Below are positions 50,097 through 63,977 of a DNA stretch of 64,000 nt, piece after piece. Under the pieces are notes generated by a model that was not told where the DNA came from, did not search any database, and saw only the letters and a program-made list of their open reading frames with translations. Source of the stretch: Felis catus (taxonomy: Eukaryota); contig NC_058368.1 of assembly GCF_018350175.1 (NCBI RefSeq), positions 30,692,001 through 30,756,000 of the forward strand, written 5' to 3'. The position numbers were made by a program, and so were the translations under genes. Each line of letters begins with the position of its first letter. Position 1 is the first letter of the stretch.

Positions 50097-51567
50097 ATGA
50101 CCTAGGTGTAGGATTGCAGGGCATGGGGCTAGAACAGAGAAATTGGAGTCATTTTGCCTTTCCCTCGTCTGCAGTTTTATTCTTTTGCCTCCCATATAAG
50201 GGCAGGGCAATCTCTATATTATTCCTGCCATGTTCCCCGATGTGTTCTGAGTCTAGCAGATAGTAGGCAATGAGCAATTATTTATGATTAAATGAGTGAG
50301 CTAATTAATTGGTACCTTGGATTAAAACTTAGTGTGTTTTTTTTCTTTCAATTCAAAGCACAATTAAGTTTCTTTTGTGTTCAATTATTAGATTAATAAG
50401 CGTGTTAAAAAAAAAGTTACCTAATTTCAAAATACTTCAATCTCCTGCTCCAGAAGAATGGAATTTGACTATTATAAGATGGTAGGGAAGATACAGTGAA
50501 TCTTTGATGGATTTTAAAGGGAAAATTGGCCATAGGTTCTCTGGTAGCAATGTTTGAAAGTTTCATGAAATGTGTTCCTCTATCAAGGGCAGTAGAAGTG
50601 ATTGTGAGAGAGTTGAACCTGATTCTAGAAGACAGATGGAGTTAAAGTTTCTGGAATGAGAGAATATTGCTTACAGAATAGTCCCAAGGTCATCTCTTAG
50701 AACTCTGGCAAATATTTTTTTGTGAATAAAACAGTTCAGGTAAACCTGCTTTCACCTTCATTGAATGGCCAGTTTTATGCAACAACCCTTTTGTCATGTG
50801 CCAATGGAATCGATCTTCTCTCACAGTTCTCACTCATTTTAATACCAAAAAAAATTAATTGACAATGTCAAATCTGATTTGAGATCATTTTCGGGAGAGT
50901 GCCAGGTTATTTCCTGGTATCAGTACCAATTACTTTCTGATAATTTAGAGAACTTTATTCAGAGGGGTTCTGATTATCAGGTCCAGGAAGTTTCCATATA
51001 TATTAGAGATTATTATTTTTCCAAAAGGGTTGGAATATATATACTTCAGCACTTACTTATCTAAAAGGCTAGTTCTGAATAATTTAAATTGATGTCTTTA
51101 TTTGACTAGCTTTCTTGGTATTGGATCACAAACTATAGCGTTTTTATAGTGGTAGGGTTATAGTTAAGGAAAGTTCACTCAGGGCCACAGAGTATCCAGC
51201 AGTCTCTCAGGTAGTGATGAAATACACTGGTCTTTTGCAAGTGTATCCTTGTGCTTTCTAAGGCACATAAGGAGTAATTTAGATGCAGGTAAAATAGCTA
51301 AACAAATGGGGTTTTTTTCCCTAAAGACTTTTCAGATGGCATTTTTCCTTTCACTTCAGAGAAAACTGAGGCAATAGGACTTATTTTTTTCCAAACTAGT
51401 CCTTGAACTACAAATTTAAGCATTATATGGTACAGTAAACACTATCTGATAAAAAGAAAATCTCTTTTTGAACCGGCAACTCTTTCAGGTTTTCAGGGTG
51501 ACCATATATTACCAAATCTTTATTATCCTACCTAAGACATTTTGAGAATGAAAGAGTGCTTTTCATT

Positions 51568-51636
51568 TTCCATTATTTTTTTTCTTTGAGAGAGAGAGAG
51601 AGAGCGCGCGCGAGCACGAGCATGAGCAGAGGAGGA

Positions 51637-51671
<35 letters not shown>

Positions 51672-51794
51672 CTTAAGCAGGTTCCACACTCAATGTGGAG
51701 CCCAACATGGGGCTCAGTTCCATGACCCTGGGATCATGACCTGAGCCGAAACCAAGAGTTGGACACTCAACCAACTGGGCCACCCAGGAGCCCC
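51568..51794 (-). mobile_element. CAN-SINE
   Basis: (GA)n body, ...ccacccaggagcccc. Degenerate TSD AAAGAGTG..TTTCATT at 51551-51567 and 51797-51813. Confidence 0.93.
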
Positions 51795-54121
51795 TAAAAG
51801 AGTGTGTTTCATTATTAGTTCAGGACAGCAAACCTAAATGAAGACCTTTCTGTAATTAGAGATGTATCCCCACCCTGTGTTTTGTTGGAGTCAGGAACTT
51901 ACATGTAATCTAGTCATTACCCCACAGAATAAATGCCCAAGAATGAGATACAAAATTTGGCTTGAAATCTCTATCCTGGTTGATTTCTTTCCTCCATTTT
52001 TGTTGCTACAGATCAGTTTCAGGGCATCTGGAATCTGAGAGGGAGAATGTGTTGCTGAATCAACCGGGTAAATGTTAAGACAATGGTCTGTTTTAGTTTA
52101 GCCGAAGAAGCACCTTAAATTTGCTTTCATCACTCTGAAATGAAAATTGGCTTCTTTGACTCAGCTCTGAAGTAAACAAAAGTTCAGAAAAATCCAGCTT
52201 CATGATTAAACTGTATCCTTCTTCTAACAATGTGGGCCTTCACCTCCTTTTAGATTATTTTTAAGAATGCCCTCAAACAGAACAGATTACATCTAACTCC
52301 TTGCAGAGCAAAAAAACAACCATTTGTCACAAGTCTTTTTCCTCCTCCTCCTTCCCCCCGCCCTCGTATTTTGTATTCCACTGTTTTGTTTCAATCCCCC
52401 TTTGTTTTATTTGGCTGCTGAAGCCAGAGTGCCTTGCCTTTGGCAATAAAAGCTTATGAGTAAACATTCTCTGTGCCTTGGAAAGCAAAAGCGTCACCCC
52501 AGTCTGCACATCCAACTGTGCCCCTCTCCAAAGTCCTGAGCCTGTTCTTAAATTGGAACCTGAGGAGCTCTGCCAAGATTGCGTGCTGCCAGGCGGGTTC
52601 CATCGGGCCGGTCTGTATTGATTCGCGTTGGTTCCCCTGTTTTCTGTCGGTTAGCGATCCTGTCGTAAGCTTTGATTCCTCATTATCTCAATTGCAAATT
52701 CCATGAACACATCATCATGCTGCCAGTGCACCCAGGATTTGAAACTGACAATACTGGATCAATGTCTCAGGGGCGCAGCCCTGAATTTCAATAATACAAT
52801 TAAATTCCTTGACTGTGAGATTTACCCAGATTGTTGATTCTGCATTTTCTGCACGTTCAGTATGTGAAGCTACCCACCCACAGAACCTGAGCACAGTGTT
52901 CCTGTCAGTGCATAACGAAGGAAAAAGACTTGATCGTGAACCTGAGGGAAAGATAATCAAATGTTGAACCTGCTGAGCCTGTTAGATGAAACTGTTAACA
53001 AGGCTTGCTCAAATCACCAGGGAAATCCTGTGCAGGGATGAAGATTGGGGTTCAGTTCTGAAATATGTAAGCAGGGTTAGGCTGGATAAGGAGGTCTCCA
53101 GGCTTGTTGCGGAAGCTGTATAGCAATCCTTTCGAAGGATTTGTATTTTCCCTCAGGAGTCACTTCACATGGATTCACTGGAATCGGTTAAGCTCAATTC
53201 TGAGAAACGTGCTGACAGTGAAAGTGTCATAAAAGGCTACCACATGTTTAAATTCTAATTCTCACCAATACAAAACAAAATAACAAAGTAACAAAGCCAG
53301 AACGATTACTTCCCTTTTTGTGAATTTAGACAGTAGACTAGGGAGCAAGAGATGTGCAAAGCAATAGTTACTCTGAACAGGTGCTGTGTATCCTTGATAG
53401 AATCGGAATGGGAAGACTCAAGTAACATAAAGTGTTTCTTTCAGTAGACTTGACTTTCAATTTACTTACATACTTCAGACAATGAGAACTTTATAAACCC
53501 GCATCCTGCCTTTACTGCACAAAACTCTATATTCGTTGCTTTTATTTCCCTTGCTATCCCCCCTGGAGCTCCTTCCCTCCCTACCTGTGACCTCACTGAA
53601 GGATATTAATGAATACAGTCGAATTTCTGCATCTGGTGTGAGGCGACTAAGCCTCTGGGACTGATAAAGCATTTCCAGTCCTGGAGTCATTATCAATTTT
53701 TATTCGAGATAGCACACCACTGAAACCAGAGCACGTGTTAAAGTTCCTCTACCTCTGAATTTCCTACTCTAAGAAACCTTGGCCATTCAGATTTGACATC
53801 CAAGGTCATTTGAAATAGACATTTAGCACTGAACTGTAAAACTATCTATTATGGAAACATGTTAAAATTTTATTTAGGCTATGAGGCTATGGGTGCCCAG
53901 TTACTATTGAGAGCACTGATCTATTTTCATAACATTGGAATATTTAAAATATTTAACTTCTCAGGTTGGATAAATGATATAGAAATGTACTTTAGTACTA
54001 TGCTACCATATCTTGAAATGTCCCTGGCTTATTTTTAATGCATATGTAGAATACTATGGGGGGGGGAACTATTTTCTAAACAACATCCATTCTTAATTTT
54101 TATTTATCCATATCCAAGCAT

Positions 54122-54126
<5 letters not shown>

Positions 54127-54172
<46 letters not shown>
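54127..54172. repeat. (GT)23 microsatellite
   Basis: Direct reading. Confidence 0.95.
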
Positions 54173-54173
<1 letters not shown>

Positions 54174-54189
54174 GAAAAATTCTTGGAGC

Positions 54190-54402
54190 TTAGGGTGAGA
54201 AAATTTGGCTTAAAATTCAGTGATGGCACTTTTATCCTACATGATATTGAGAAATAGCCTTTACCTCTTATTGCCTCAGTACTCATATATACAGAATGGA
54301 AATAATAATATTTATCTGTCTTGCCCTATCCTATGTTGTATGAATTAAATAACATAATTCTCATGAAAGCGTTTTGTAATTTTAAAGTACTATACAAATG
54401 TC
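54190..54402 (+). mobile_element. MIR SINE
   Basis: gcctcagtactcatatatacagaatggaaataataata...gttgtatgaattaaataacataat...gaaagcgttttgtaa. Confidence 0.6.
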
Positions 54403-54609
54403 TGTCTTAATATTAAAAAAAAATCAGGAGTCACACTTCATGTGTTTTCCCAATACTGTTTTCTTCATTATACGTTTTTGACTGAGGGATTGCGTTGCAC
54501 CCTATTTGTACCTGGTGAGTTCATTGACTGATGGAACAGATTGCCTTTGACATCCAGAGCTTCCTCATCTGTGACTTCTGAGTACCCATGAATTCTGACC
54601 AAATCAAAT

Positions 54610-55160
54610 TTCTACCATCTTGATGACTTCTTGAATATTTCTCTGCTTTCATATTTAGATCTTAGTCCAGAATTTTTCATCTCACATAGCCAACTGTCTA
54701 CGGACACTTTCAAAGGTGTTACACAGGTTTCTGGCTTACGATATAAAAAACTGAAATTATTGTCTCTTCTTCCCCCAAAGCACCTCTGATGTTTTCTGTC
54801 TCTCTTGGTGCCAGTGTTTCCTCCTTGTTTAAGTCAAAAGAAGTCCAAGCATAATCTTTGACTTATCCCCATGTTCATGATCTCACAGCTCCGTAGTGGT
54901 ATAGTTGTATCCAATTCTACCTCCTAAACATCTTCTATAATTAGCCCACTTCTCCATCTCATGGACAATATTTTATGCCCATCCATTTGTCTGGAGCCTT
55001 ACAACAACCTCCTATTTGGATTCTGATTCTGTGCATTACATTATATATGTGTCCACTACAACTATAATCTTCCTAAACACAAATTTTGTGTCCATTGTCA
55101 AGCTTAAATTCTTTGAATGATTTCTCTTTGCCCTTAGTATAAAGTCCCAAGGCATGCGTA
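54610..55160 (+). mobile_element. L2 LINE fragment
   Basis: ccaactgtctacggacac...aaaactgaaattattgtctc...cccacttctccatctc...acaacaacctccta. Confidence 0.6.
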
Positions 55161-55449
55161 TGTTTTAATCTGGTTTATACTTCTACCCTGATTTGTTTGT
55201 CCTTGGTATCTGAAATATTTTATGCACTTACTTCAATTGGAAATTTAGAAATCCTCCTTTTATTTTTTAATGAGTCAATGAATGAATGCATGCATGCATG
55301 TCTGAATGTGTGAATGAAATTTGTAATTAAACCTATGAGAATTTAGACGAGTAGAAAGCTAAACGATTATTTTAGGCTTGGAGAATAGGGTTTAGCATTA
55401 TAAAATAATGTAACTCTATACTATTTCCCTTATTTTTGTTCACCTACAT

Positions 55450-55659
55450 CAGAATTTCTCAACCTTAATACTACTGACATTTGGGGCCAGATAATTCTTT
55501 GTTGTTGGGAACTGTTCTGAGCATGGTAGGATGTTTAGCAACATCTCTGGTCTCTACCCATTAGCACAATACCCGCTCCCCCAAGTAGCAATAATTTTAC
55601 AGGTCTCCAAACATTGCCAAATACCTCCTGGGGAACATACCCCCAGCTGAGAACCACAG
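55450..55659 (+). mobile_element. MER20 (hAT-Charlie)
   Basis: cagaatttctcaacctt...actactgacatttggggccagataattctttgttg...gtctccaaacattgccaaat...gctgagaaccacag. Confidence 0.9.
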
Positions 55660-58139
55660 CTTTACCTGTTTAGCTCCCCAAAGTAAAAAAAAAAATAAAA
55701 ATAAAAAGAGGGGGTAATAGGAGAAGGAATTCTATTGCTACACCTGATTACCTGATTATCAGTGATTATTCACACTGATGCCCTAGCTATTAAACTCTCA
55801 TTTAAAAGATTTAAATGACCCCTAAAAAACAGAGTGGATATGGCACTGTGCAAGCTTAGTCTTCTCAGCTCTTTTTTGGATCAGTCTGTTGGATTTTAGA
55901 AACTCCCTGGGATCAAAGACTTGAAGCATAGGTTCTGAATCAAAATTATTCTATGTTAGTATTTTGAGCAATGGGCTTGAGAATACCACCTTCGTATGAT
56001 ATGAGAAAGATAAGTACTTTATATTTTACAAATGACATGAAAACATAGACAAATTAAGTTAAATGGGCAAACATGTCCACAGAGCCTGCTGTCTACTAAA
56101 TAATGTCAACCCTCCACAAGGTGTAGAAATCATATGGAGAATCCTGAATACATATTAAAAACAAACAAAAAGCACTTTAAGCAACTCATTTAAAAAACTG
56201 AGCCAATTAGAACTCAAATAGTTGTGAAGCCTCTAAAATTATAAAATATTTATAATCTTTGAGAGGGATGTGCACAATGCAAGAAATTACATTGGTGGTG
56301 GTCCTTTAACTGACCTACCAAGTTGCATTCTAGGATCTTATCATGGACGAAGTTTACTTTTTAATATCTATGCTCTGTGACTGCTCATCATATCAAGAAG
56401 AATTATATTGCAAATAATCATGATCTGGATTGCTTTTGTCTGTGGCTGAAGCTGAAGCCATCCAATTAAAATATGGTGTTCAGGGAAAATAGCTCATTTT
56501 AAACCAGGGTCTTAGGCAAAGGAAAGGACAGCCTTTTATTAACTTTGTCCCTTGTCTCTAGACATATTTATTGCATTCTTCTGGAACAGAAATAATAGAA
56601 GCTCAGGCATAAGGCCATGTGTGCAAAAAAAAAAAAATCTCTCAGCTGCCATGAATGTTAATGGCTCTGTCATTTGATGGGAAACACCATGGTTTTAAAA
56701 TTCGAAATGACTCACAAGATTTAGAAATCTCTCCTATAAAATGTAGACATTTGATGATTAAAAGAAGATTACATGAAAATGATAGTATCTTGTTTTTGTC
56801 CTTGCACATAGATGCATATTTGAGTTTGGTTTATATCTCTGCTGCCAGCCATTGTGGTCAATAAATTTTTGTTCTTTAATTTGTCTGTCTATGAAATGGA
56901 GCAAACATTCCCCTGTCACTGTGAATTTAAATACGATTTTAATGTATTTATTTGTCACAGGTTCACAGTTATCTGTGCTCCAATTTCACTTTAGATTTTT
57001 GTGTGTGTGTATTATGCAATGCAGGTCTTTATCTACTATTATTTTTAAAGATATTGTATCAACTACTGTAATCAATTTTCTGTTTTTCCCAGATGTGTCA
57101 AAAGTTTTCAAATATGTCTGGCTATGGGACTGTAGAAGAGAACTGTAAAGTACAATTTTGGTTGATGTCAAAAACCTTAACATAAAGTGTTGTTAACATA
57201 CTCAAGCAAAATACTGCCTAAGTTGTTGAGTATGTGGGTGCAGAAGCCTGGGCCAAAAATTGTAGAGCTAAAGGCAGCTATCTAAGAGGCAGGATGTTGT
57301 GAATAATTTTAAATCTACACCAGACAGAGTAGCAGACTAGGAATACATTCTTCCTAGTTAAAGTTATCCTGATGGTAGATACAGTTAGTGAAACAGAGGC
57401 CGTACACCTGACACACTGGTCAGACATAAGTCATGTGTTAATAATGGACTAGTGGGTGGGATAGACGGACCTATAGGATGAGGTCTTTCTTGCCCAAACA
57501 ATATGGCTTGGAAGGAACTGATTCCGGGTGATATAAAACAAAACAAACAAAAAAACAAAACAAAATGATGGACTTGAACAAAGGAAATGTCATCTTTTCC
57601 TTTCCACTGCCACAAATTTAAAAAGGAAATGTAAGAAATATTTCGAGGTTGGTTCCTTACCTATACTGTTTCTTAACAAAGGATTTGATGTAGCTCCAGG
57701 AAGGAGATAACCTACATCAATAAATGTATCCAAATCTGCTTGGTTTTAGCTATTTATTAATTTGCTACTTTCTAGAAAAAGTAGAAAATGTCAGCAGGGG
57801 TTAATTGTGGGACATGAAGGAAGGGTATTTTACATTTCTATTTTGCAGCCTGCCATATTGCTTGAAATTTTACAATAATTTTAATAAATTATTTATGAAA
57901 CATAACTGAATGAGATATGGAAACAAAAAAATAGAAAACACCTAGAAAATCATTCTGGTTCATTGGCTTTTATTGGAACAGTGAATAAAACTTAAAAATC
58001 ATGCTAGTTATCCATTTCTGTTTAACCTTTAAGACACATAAGGACAGATTCTCAGAGATGGAAAAAAAAGAGATTATGCATTGTACTTGCTTCCTTGTTG
58101 AATCAGTTTGTTTTTATTATTATTGTTATTATTACTCTT

Positions 58140-58349
58140 ATTTTTTATTTTATTTTATAGAGAGCGCATTTTATTTTATAGAGAGCGCATAAGTGGGGGA
58201 GAGAGACAGAAGGAAAGAGAGAGAATCTTAATCAGGGTCCATGCTCAGCACAGAGCCCTTTGTGGGGCTTGAACCTACAACCCTGAGATCATGACCTGAG
58301 CTGAAATCAAGAGTTGGATGCTCAACCAACTGAGCCACCCAGGTGCTCC
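58140..58349 (-). mobile_element. CAN-SINE
   Basis: ...gagttggatgctcaaccaactgagccacccaggtgctcc. Contains a 21-bp tandem duplication near the tail. Confidence 0.93.
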
Positions 58350-58392
58350 TGTTGTTGTTATTAATTATATTAGAAAGAATCTTGAATTTTTT

Positions 58393-58610
58393 TTTTTAAT
58401 TTTTTTTCAACGTTTATTTATTTTTGGGACAGAGAGAGACAGAGCATGAATGGGGGAGGGGCAGAGAGAGAGGGAGACACAGAATCGGAAACAGGCTCCA
58501 GGCTCTGAGCCATCAGCCCAGAGCCTGACGCAGGGCTCGAACTCACGGTCCGCGAGATCGTGACCTGGCTGAAGTCGGACGCTTAACCGACTGCGCCACC
58601 CAGGCGCCCC
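58393..58610 (-). mobile_element. Young felid SINEC_Fc
   Basis: Nearly identical to 28950-29175. Perfect TSD AAGAATCTTGAATTTTTT at 58375-58392 and 58611-58628. Confidence 0.97.
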
Positions 58611-59643
58611 AAGAATCTTGAATTTTTTATGTGAGGTTGTGCATCATGAGGTCTTTTCTAATGTCATCAGAATTTGGCATCAGTCTTTAGGGATGAGTCA
58701 TGAGTTCTAGATCATACAATGATCACAGGCAGATTCAGGCACATTGAAAATGAGATCTTAGCTCCATCACTTAATGGTCTTGGTAGGGTATAAAGGGAAA
58801 GTTATCCTTTTTATGCTTCTAGAAAAAGACTTGATTCCTAACTCACAGGATTTGCTGTTAAAACACATCAGTCTTTTTTGGTGGAATGTTTTCTCTCCAC
58901 CTTGCCCCCTCAATTCTTGGTTCTTTGCAGTCTGTCATCAAATAATTTTTATTATTTATTTTCAGACAATAAACATGGGAATGACTACTGATTTCTTGAA
59001 GAAATTACCCAAAATATTTTCTAAGATCAAAGAAGCATTGATTTTCTACTTTTACCAAGGGAATATTTGTCAAATGAGTAGAACTCAGCTGGAATTGTTG
59101 CAACTCCAGTTGAAACAAATATTTGAAGATAGCATGCATCCTAAAATAGAATAATTTACTAAATGATCTGAAATATTTATGGAATATTTTTTGTCTGTGT
59201 GTAATTTAGAGAAATTGGAGAGAGTTTAGCTTCTTTTTGTTTGTTTGCATGCAAAGAAATTCCAGTCATGAAATGTTAGAAATGAGGACATTGTATACTT
59301 AACCTATGATTTTTTTTTCTGATTATAATAGTCAATATATTATGAAACGAATACATTGGGGAAATTTTAAAAATTTCCAACGTTTTGGTATATTTCACTA
59401 CCTAGGTCATATACTTTGTTTCTCACAAATGGACTATTGTTATCAATATTATTTGAAATTTTTTTCCAAGAGTGTCTTGCAATTAGATATTAGGAAATCA
59501 TGTGATTATGAATATTAAGATTTTCAAAATTAGAGCAAAAACATAAATTCATCTTCAAATGAGTCATATTTTCATAAATATAAAGAACAGAATCATGTAG
59601 GGTGAAGAAAGTGTAAGATTCAACCTGTTAAAACCTCAAGTGA

Positions 59644-59866
59644 GGGGCGCCTGGGTGGCTCAGCAGGTTGAGCATCCTACTTCAGCTCAGGTCATGATCT
59701 CACCACTTGTGGGTTCAGGCCCCGTGTCAGGCTGTGTGCTGACAGCTCAGAGCCTGGAGTCTGCTTTGGATTCTGTGTCCCACTCTGTCTCTGCCCCTCC
59801 CTTGCTCATGCTCTGTATCTCTCTCTCTCTCAAGAATAAATAAAACATTAAAAAATAAATTTAAAA
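59644..59866 (+). mobile_element. CAN-SINE (SINEC_Fc-like)
   Basis: ggggcgcctgggtggctcag head, gctgacagctcagagcctggag, CT tract, aataaataaaacattaaaaaa tail. Confidence 0.95.
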
Positions 59867-60559
59867 AACGAGTGAAAGAAATGCAGTGTTTTTTTCCAAT
59901 TTCATATTTTACATTGATCAAATGAAAGTGAAGACATGTGATTAGTAAAAATAACACAATGTACCAGAGTGCTTAAATACCAGAAGTGACTACCTACTAG
60001 GAACAAACATTGGGAAAAAGTTATTCTGCTGCTGCATACAACTAATGTTGTAACTAAATTATTATGTAAGAAAATGTTAATAGAAGTACACTTATTTTTA
60101 GAGAGGGGGCAAAATGATATTAGAAATCAAATATACCTCAGAGCATTATGACAGCTGGAATATGAGGCCTCCCAGAAAGTATTTGGTTTTAGTTTGCACA
60201 GTCTGAAAAGTGAGACTAAAAAAAAAAAATTAAGAATAAAATTTTAAAAACCTTCAAAAACATACTGGAGGAATTTTTTATTTGTGAGTAACATAACAAG
60301 ATCCTTTGAATCCACATGATCAATCCTATAGTAGAGAAATTCTGAATTAAGTAAAACTAGGAGATACAAAACCCAGAATAAAGTTTTTGGCAGAAAATTA
60401 CCATCTCATTTGAGAAAGGATATGTAAACCAATTAATGGTCTCATTTTCTGCACTCTAAAATCCTATGCTAAAATTTCTGATCTCTCCACTATATGTATA
60501 TGTAAAAGGTAGAGCTTAATCTTCTCCATTAACATCCTTAAAATCTGTAAGACATGATG

Positions 60560-63500
60560 AGTGTTCCAGTTCCAGGCAAGTTGGAGTGAAGTTTCTAGAT
60601 TTATTCTCTCTTCTAAAGCAATTTTAAAATGGACAAAATATATGAAACTATGGTTTTCAAAACACTGGACTTCAGGCAATGAAAGACAGCTATAGCTGAG
60701 AAAGAGGAAAAAAAAAAAGAAGTATCCCAGTTCAGTGATTTGAGAGCATTCTCAGGATGTGGCCCATAAAGAGACATTACAAGTGGAGCCTGGGAGAATC
60801 CAGAAGTTGAATGTTCAAGAGAATCTGAGTAGAATGAGGAAGCTAGAATTTCCAAAACACAGACTAGAAAGTATACTTACACTCCAGTGAACTGCAGAGT
60901 TGCAGTTGAATATTCAACGGAATACTGAGTAGCACATGCTTGTTAGAAATTTATACAAAGGTGGGTAGTGAAACACCCCCCAGAAAGAATTATGAAGAAA
61001 TAGTACCCTGTGCTCACACAGGACCAGGATTAACCCCTGTTCCTGCCAGCCAGGCTGGAAACCTCATTATTTATGTGGAATTGGATAGGTTCCTAAGACT
61101 GTGTTAAATCTCTAGTCTTTCCTAACAAACCTTGAAGACATTTCCAAAAGGATCAACTGTTTATAAGTAATCTAATCACATCCCAGAACAAAGCTCAAGA
61201 ATAATTATAGAAATATAAACATATTCCTCACATTGGGGGGTGGGGGAGGAGTAAAATCCACAATGTCTGGCACTCAAAATTACCAGGCAGGCAAGGGAGG
61301 TAGAAAATCTGGCTAATAATAAAGAGAAAGATCAGCCATTTGAAACTAATGTAGAATTAATCCAGATGTTAGCATTTGCAAACAAGGACGTTAAAACAGT
61401 CTTTATAACTAAATTCCGTATGTTCAGAAGTTCAGAGACATGAGTGATTAAAACACATAAAGACTCTGATGAAACTTCTAGAGGTGGAAATATACTAGTT
61501 GGAATTTAGGGCAAAGTATGCACTGCATTGAGCAGAACAATTAGCAAAATTAAAGATATAGGTAAGAAAATAATAATAAATGAATCAATAAATGATTCAA
61601 ACAAAACTATCCAAAAGAAAATATTCAGAGAAAAAAGAATAAAAATTAAAAAAAAAAAACCCAGAATATGATCTGTGGGTCAGCACAAAGCAATCCAGTG
61701 TTCCTAAAATTGGAAGACAGGAGAGAGGGTGTGTGTGTGCATGATGTATATATTATTTATATAACATGTACATGTAATTTGTAGTTATATTCATATATAA
61801 AATACATATTGTCTAAAAATATATGTTGTATGTGTATACCAAATGCATTTTAAATATAAAATATTAAACATAGAAAATACTCATAGTTGATATATATTAA
61901 ATATATATATTTGAAGACATGTATCATATGTACAGTGGAACAAATATAAGAATGATAGATTTGTTGCTGAAACAATGTGAGGGAGAAGAAAGTGGGCAGC
62001 AATTTAATGCACTGAAAGAAAAAAAGTGTCAACATGAATTTTTATACCTAGAACAAATATATTTCAGAAACAAGGGCCAAATGAAGGTGTTTCAGACACA
62101 GGAAAACTGAAATAATTCATGTCTGTCTGACTTACACTGAAGAAATGTTTAAGGAAGCCATTTAAGCAGAAGGAAAATGATACTGGATTGAATCTGTATC
62201 TTTTACACACAAAGTAAACATTTCAGACAATGGTAACTCTGTAGGTAAATATATAACATTACATATAACATTACCTCTTATTTTTAAATACCTTTTGTTT
62301 TAAATTTTTTAATGTTTATTTGAGAGAGACAGAGCATAAGCAGGGGAGGGGCAGAACAGAATCTGAAGCAGGCTCCAGGCTCTGAGCTGTCAGCACAGCA
62401 GTCAAACTCACAAACCATGAGATCATGACCTGAGCTGAAGTCGGATGCTTAACCAACCAGGCACCCCTAAATACCTTTAAAATACAAATAGAAATGTGAA
62501 TAAAATATGATAATGTGTTATGAAGTTTAGTAACATATGCAAATACAAAATATATGACGGTAGAAGCACAGATCAGGACTGGAGAAATACAAGTATGCTA
62601 TGATAAAGTTCTTGTATTCTATGCAGAGTGGTATAATAGAACTTGAAGAAACAATGTGCTAAGTTAAAGATGTAAACTATATCTAAATACAAAAACTACA
62701 ACCAAAACAACAAAATAAAGTTATACATAATAAACCAACAAAAGGAATAAAATGGAATTTCAAACATACTAAATTGCAATGATGGCAGAAGAGAAAAAGG
62801 TAACAAATATGTGAAATTATCAATGAGAAAAAAAACCACAAAAACAATCTATATGGACACAGATAAAATAAAAATAGATTTAAAAGATAGGCCATTTAAA
62901 CACAGTCAAACAGTCAAAAGAAAGCTAGAGGAATTATATTAATATCAAGTAAAGTAGATTAAATACAAAGTATTGCCAGGGACAAAGATAGTTAAATAGA
63001 AACAGGCAAACAACAGAGAAATAGCAATGAAACAAAAACTTGGTTCTTTGAGAAGGTCAGTAAAACTCTAGCAAAAGAATAGGCAAAGAAAGGAGGAAAA
63101 AGAGAGATGACACATGACAAATACAAAGAATGAGATGGGGGAGTAGTATTAGAGATTCTACATATATTAAAAGGTAAAGGAATCTCTTGAACAAGTTTAT
63201 GTCAACAATGTGTCTGCTTACATGATATGGGCACCATGACCAGAGCTCATAGTTGCTCCACATTCTTGTCAAAACTCGTTACGCCAGGCTTTTTAATTTT
63301 AAGCCTTGTCACAGGTTTGGTTGCGATGATGTAGACCAATTGGAACTCTCATATGTACTGCTGATGGAAGGGAAAATGGTTCAGTTACTTTAGAAAAGAG
63401 TTTGGCAGTTTCTTAAAATGTTAAACATAACTTTCCATATACCCAGCTATTTTTCTTCTATGTCCCTATGAAACCCTATGTCCATGCAAAGATTTGAAAA
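60560..63500 (+). mobile_element. Old, fragmented L1 (L1M-type) with 5'/ORF1/ORF2/3' remnants
   Basis: A-rich plus strand. ORF1-like tgtcaacatgaatttttatacctagaacaaatatatttcagaaacaaggg; ORF2-like ttaatatcaagtaaagtagatt and ttggttctttgagaagg; 3' ttggaactctcatatgtactgctgatggaagggaaaatgg...tttggcagtttctt. Confidence 0.75.
62296..62467 (-). mobile_element. CAN-SINE with internal deletions, nested in L1
   Basis: caggctccaggctctgagctgtcagcacag...caggcacccc. TSD TAAATACCTTT at 62285-62295 and 62468-62478. Confidence 0.92.
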
Positions 63501-63871
63501 CAAATTGATAGTGGCATATCAAATTAGGTAGACATGACAGACCCTTGAAAGAGAAGCATATTTGTTTTTTTGTGTTTTTTTTTTTTATCTATTCCAAGAA
63601 TGGGTTTTTTTTGAAATTTTTTCACAAACAATTTTAATTTAAATTTTAGTTAATATACAGTGCAATATGCTTGAATTAATGAGGATAGACAACTACACTC
63701 CCTCCACTGCCGAGACAGTTGGGCCTTCGTGTGGGCCCGGTGCCAGATAGGATGCTCAGTAATGTGTTGGAGAGAAAGCACATAAACAGTGGAATCAAAT
63801 GATACCTAAGATCCAATATTTGTGCATAAGCCCTGGTGCCCGAATTGGGCCTCTTTTAGAAATGTGGCATG

Positions 63872-63928
63872 CAAAATTATGGAAAGAGCCCAAATGTCCA
63901 TTGACTGATGAATGGATAAAGATGATGT

Positions 63929-63977
<49 letters not shown>

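Noticed and set aside
58774..59154. 126-aa ORF with an internal acceptor-like tttattttcag
   Set aside because: No recognisable protein and no convincing donor; composition typical of AT-rich non-coding DNA
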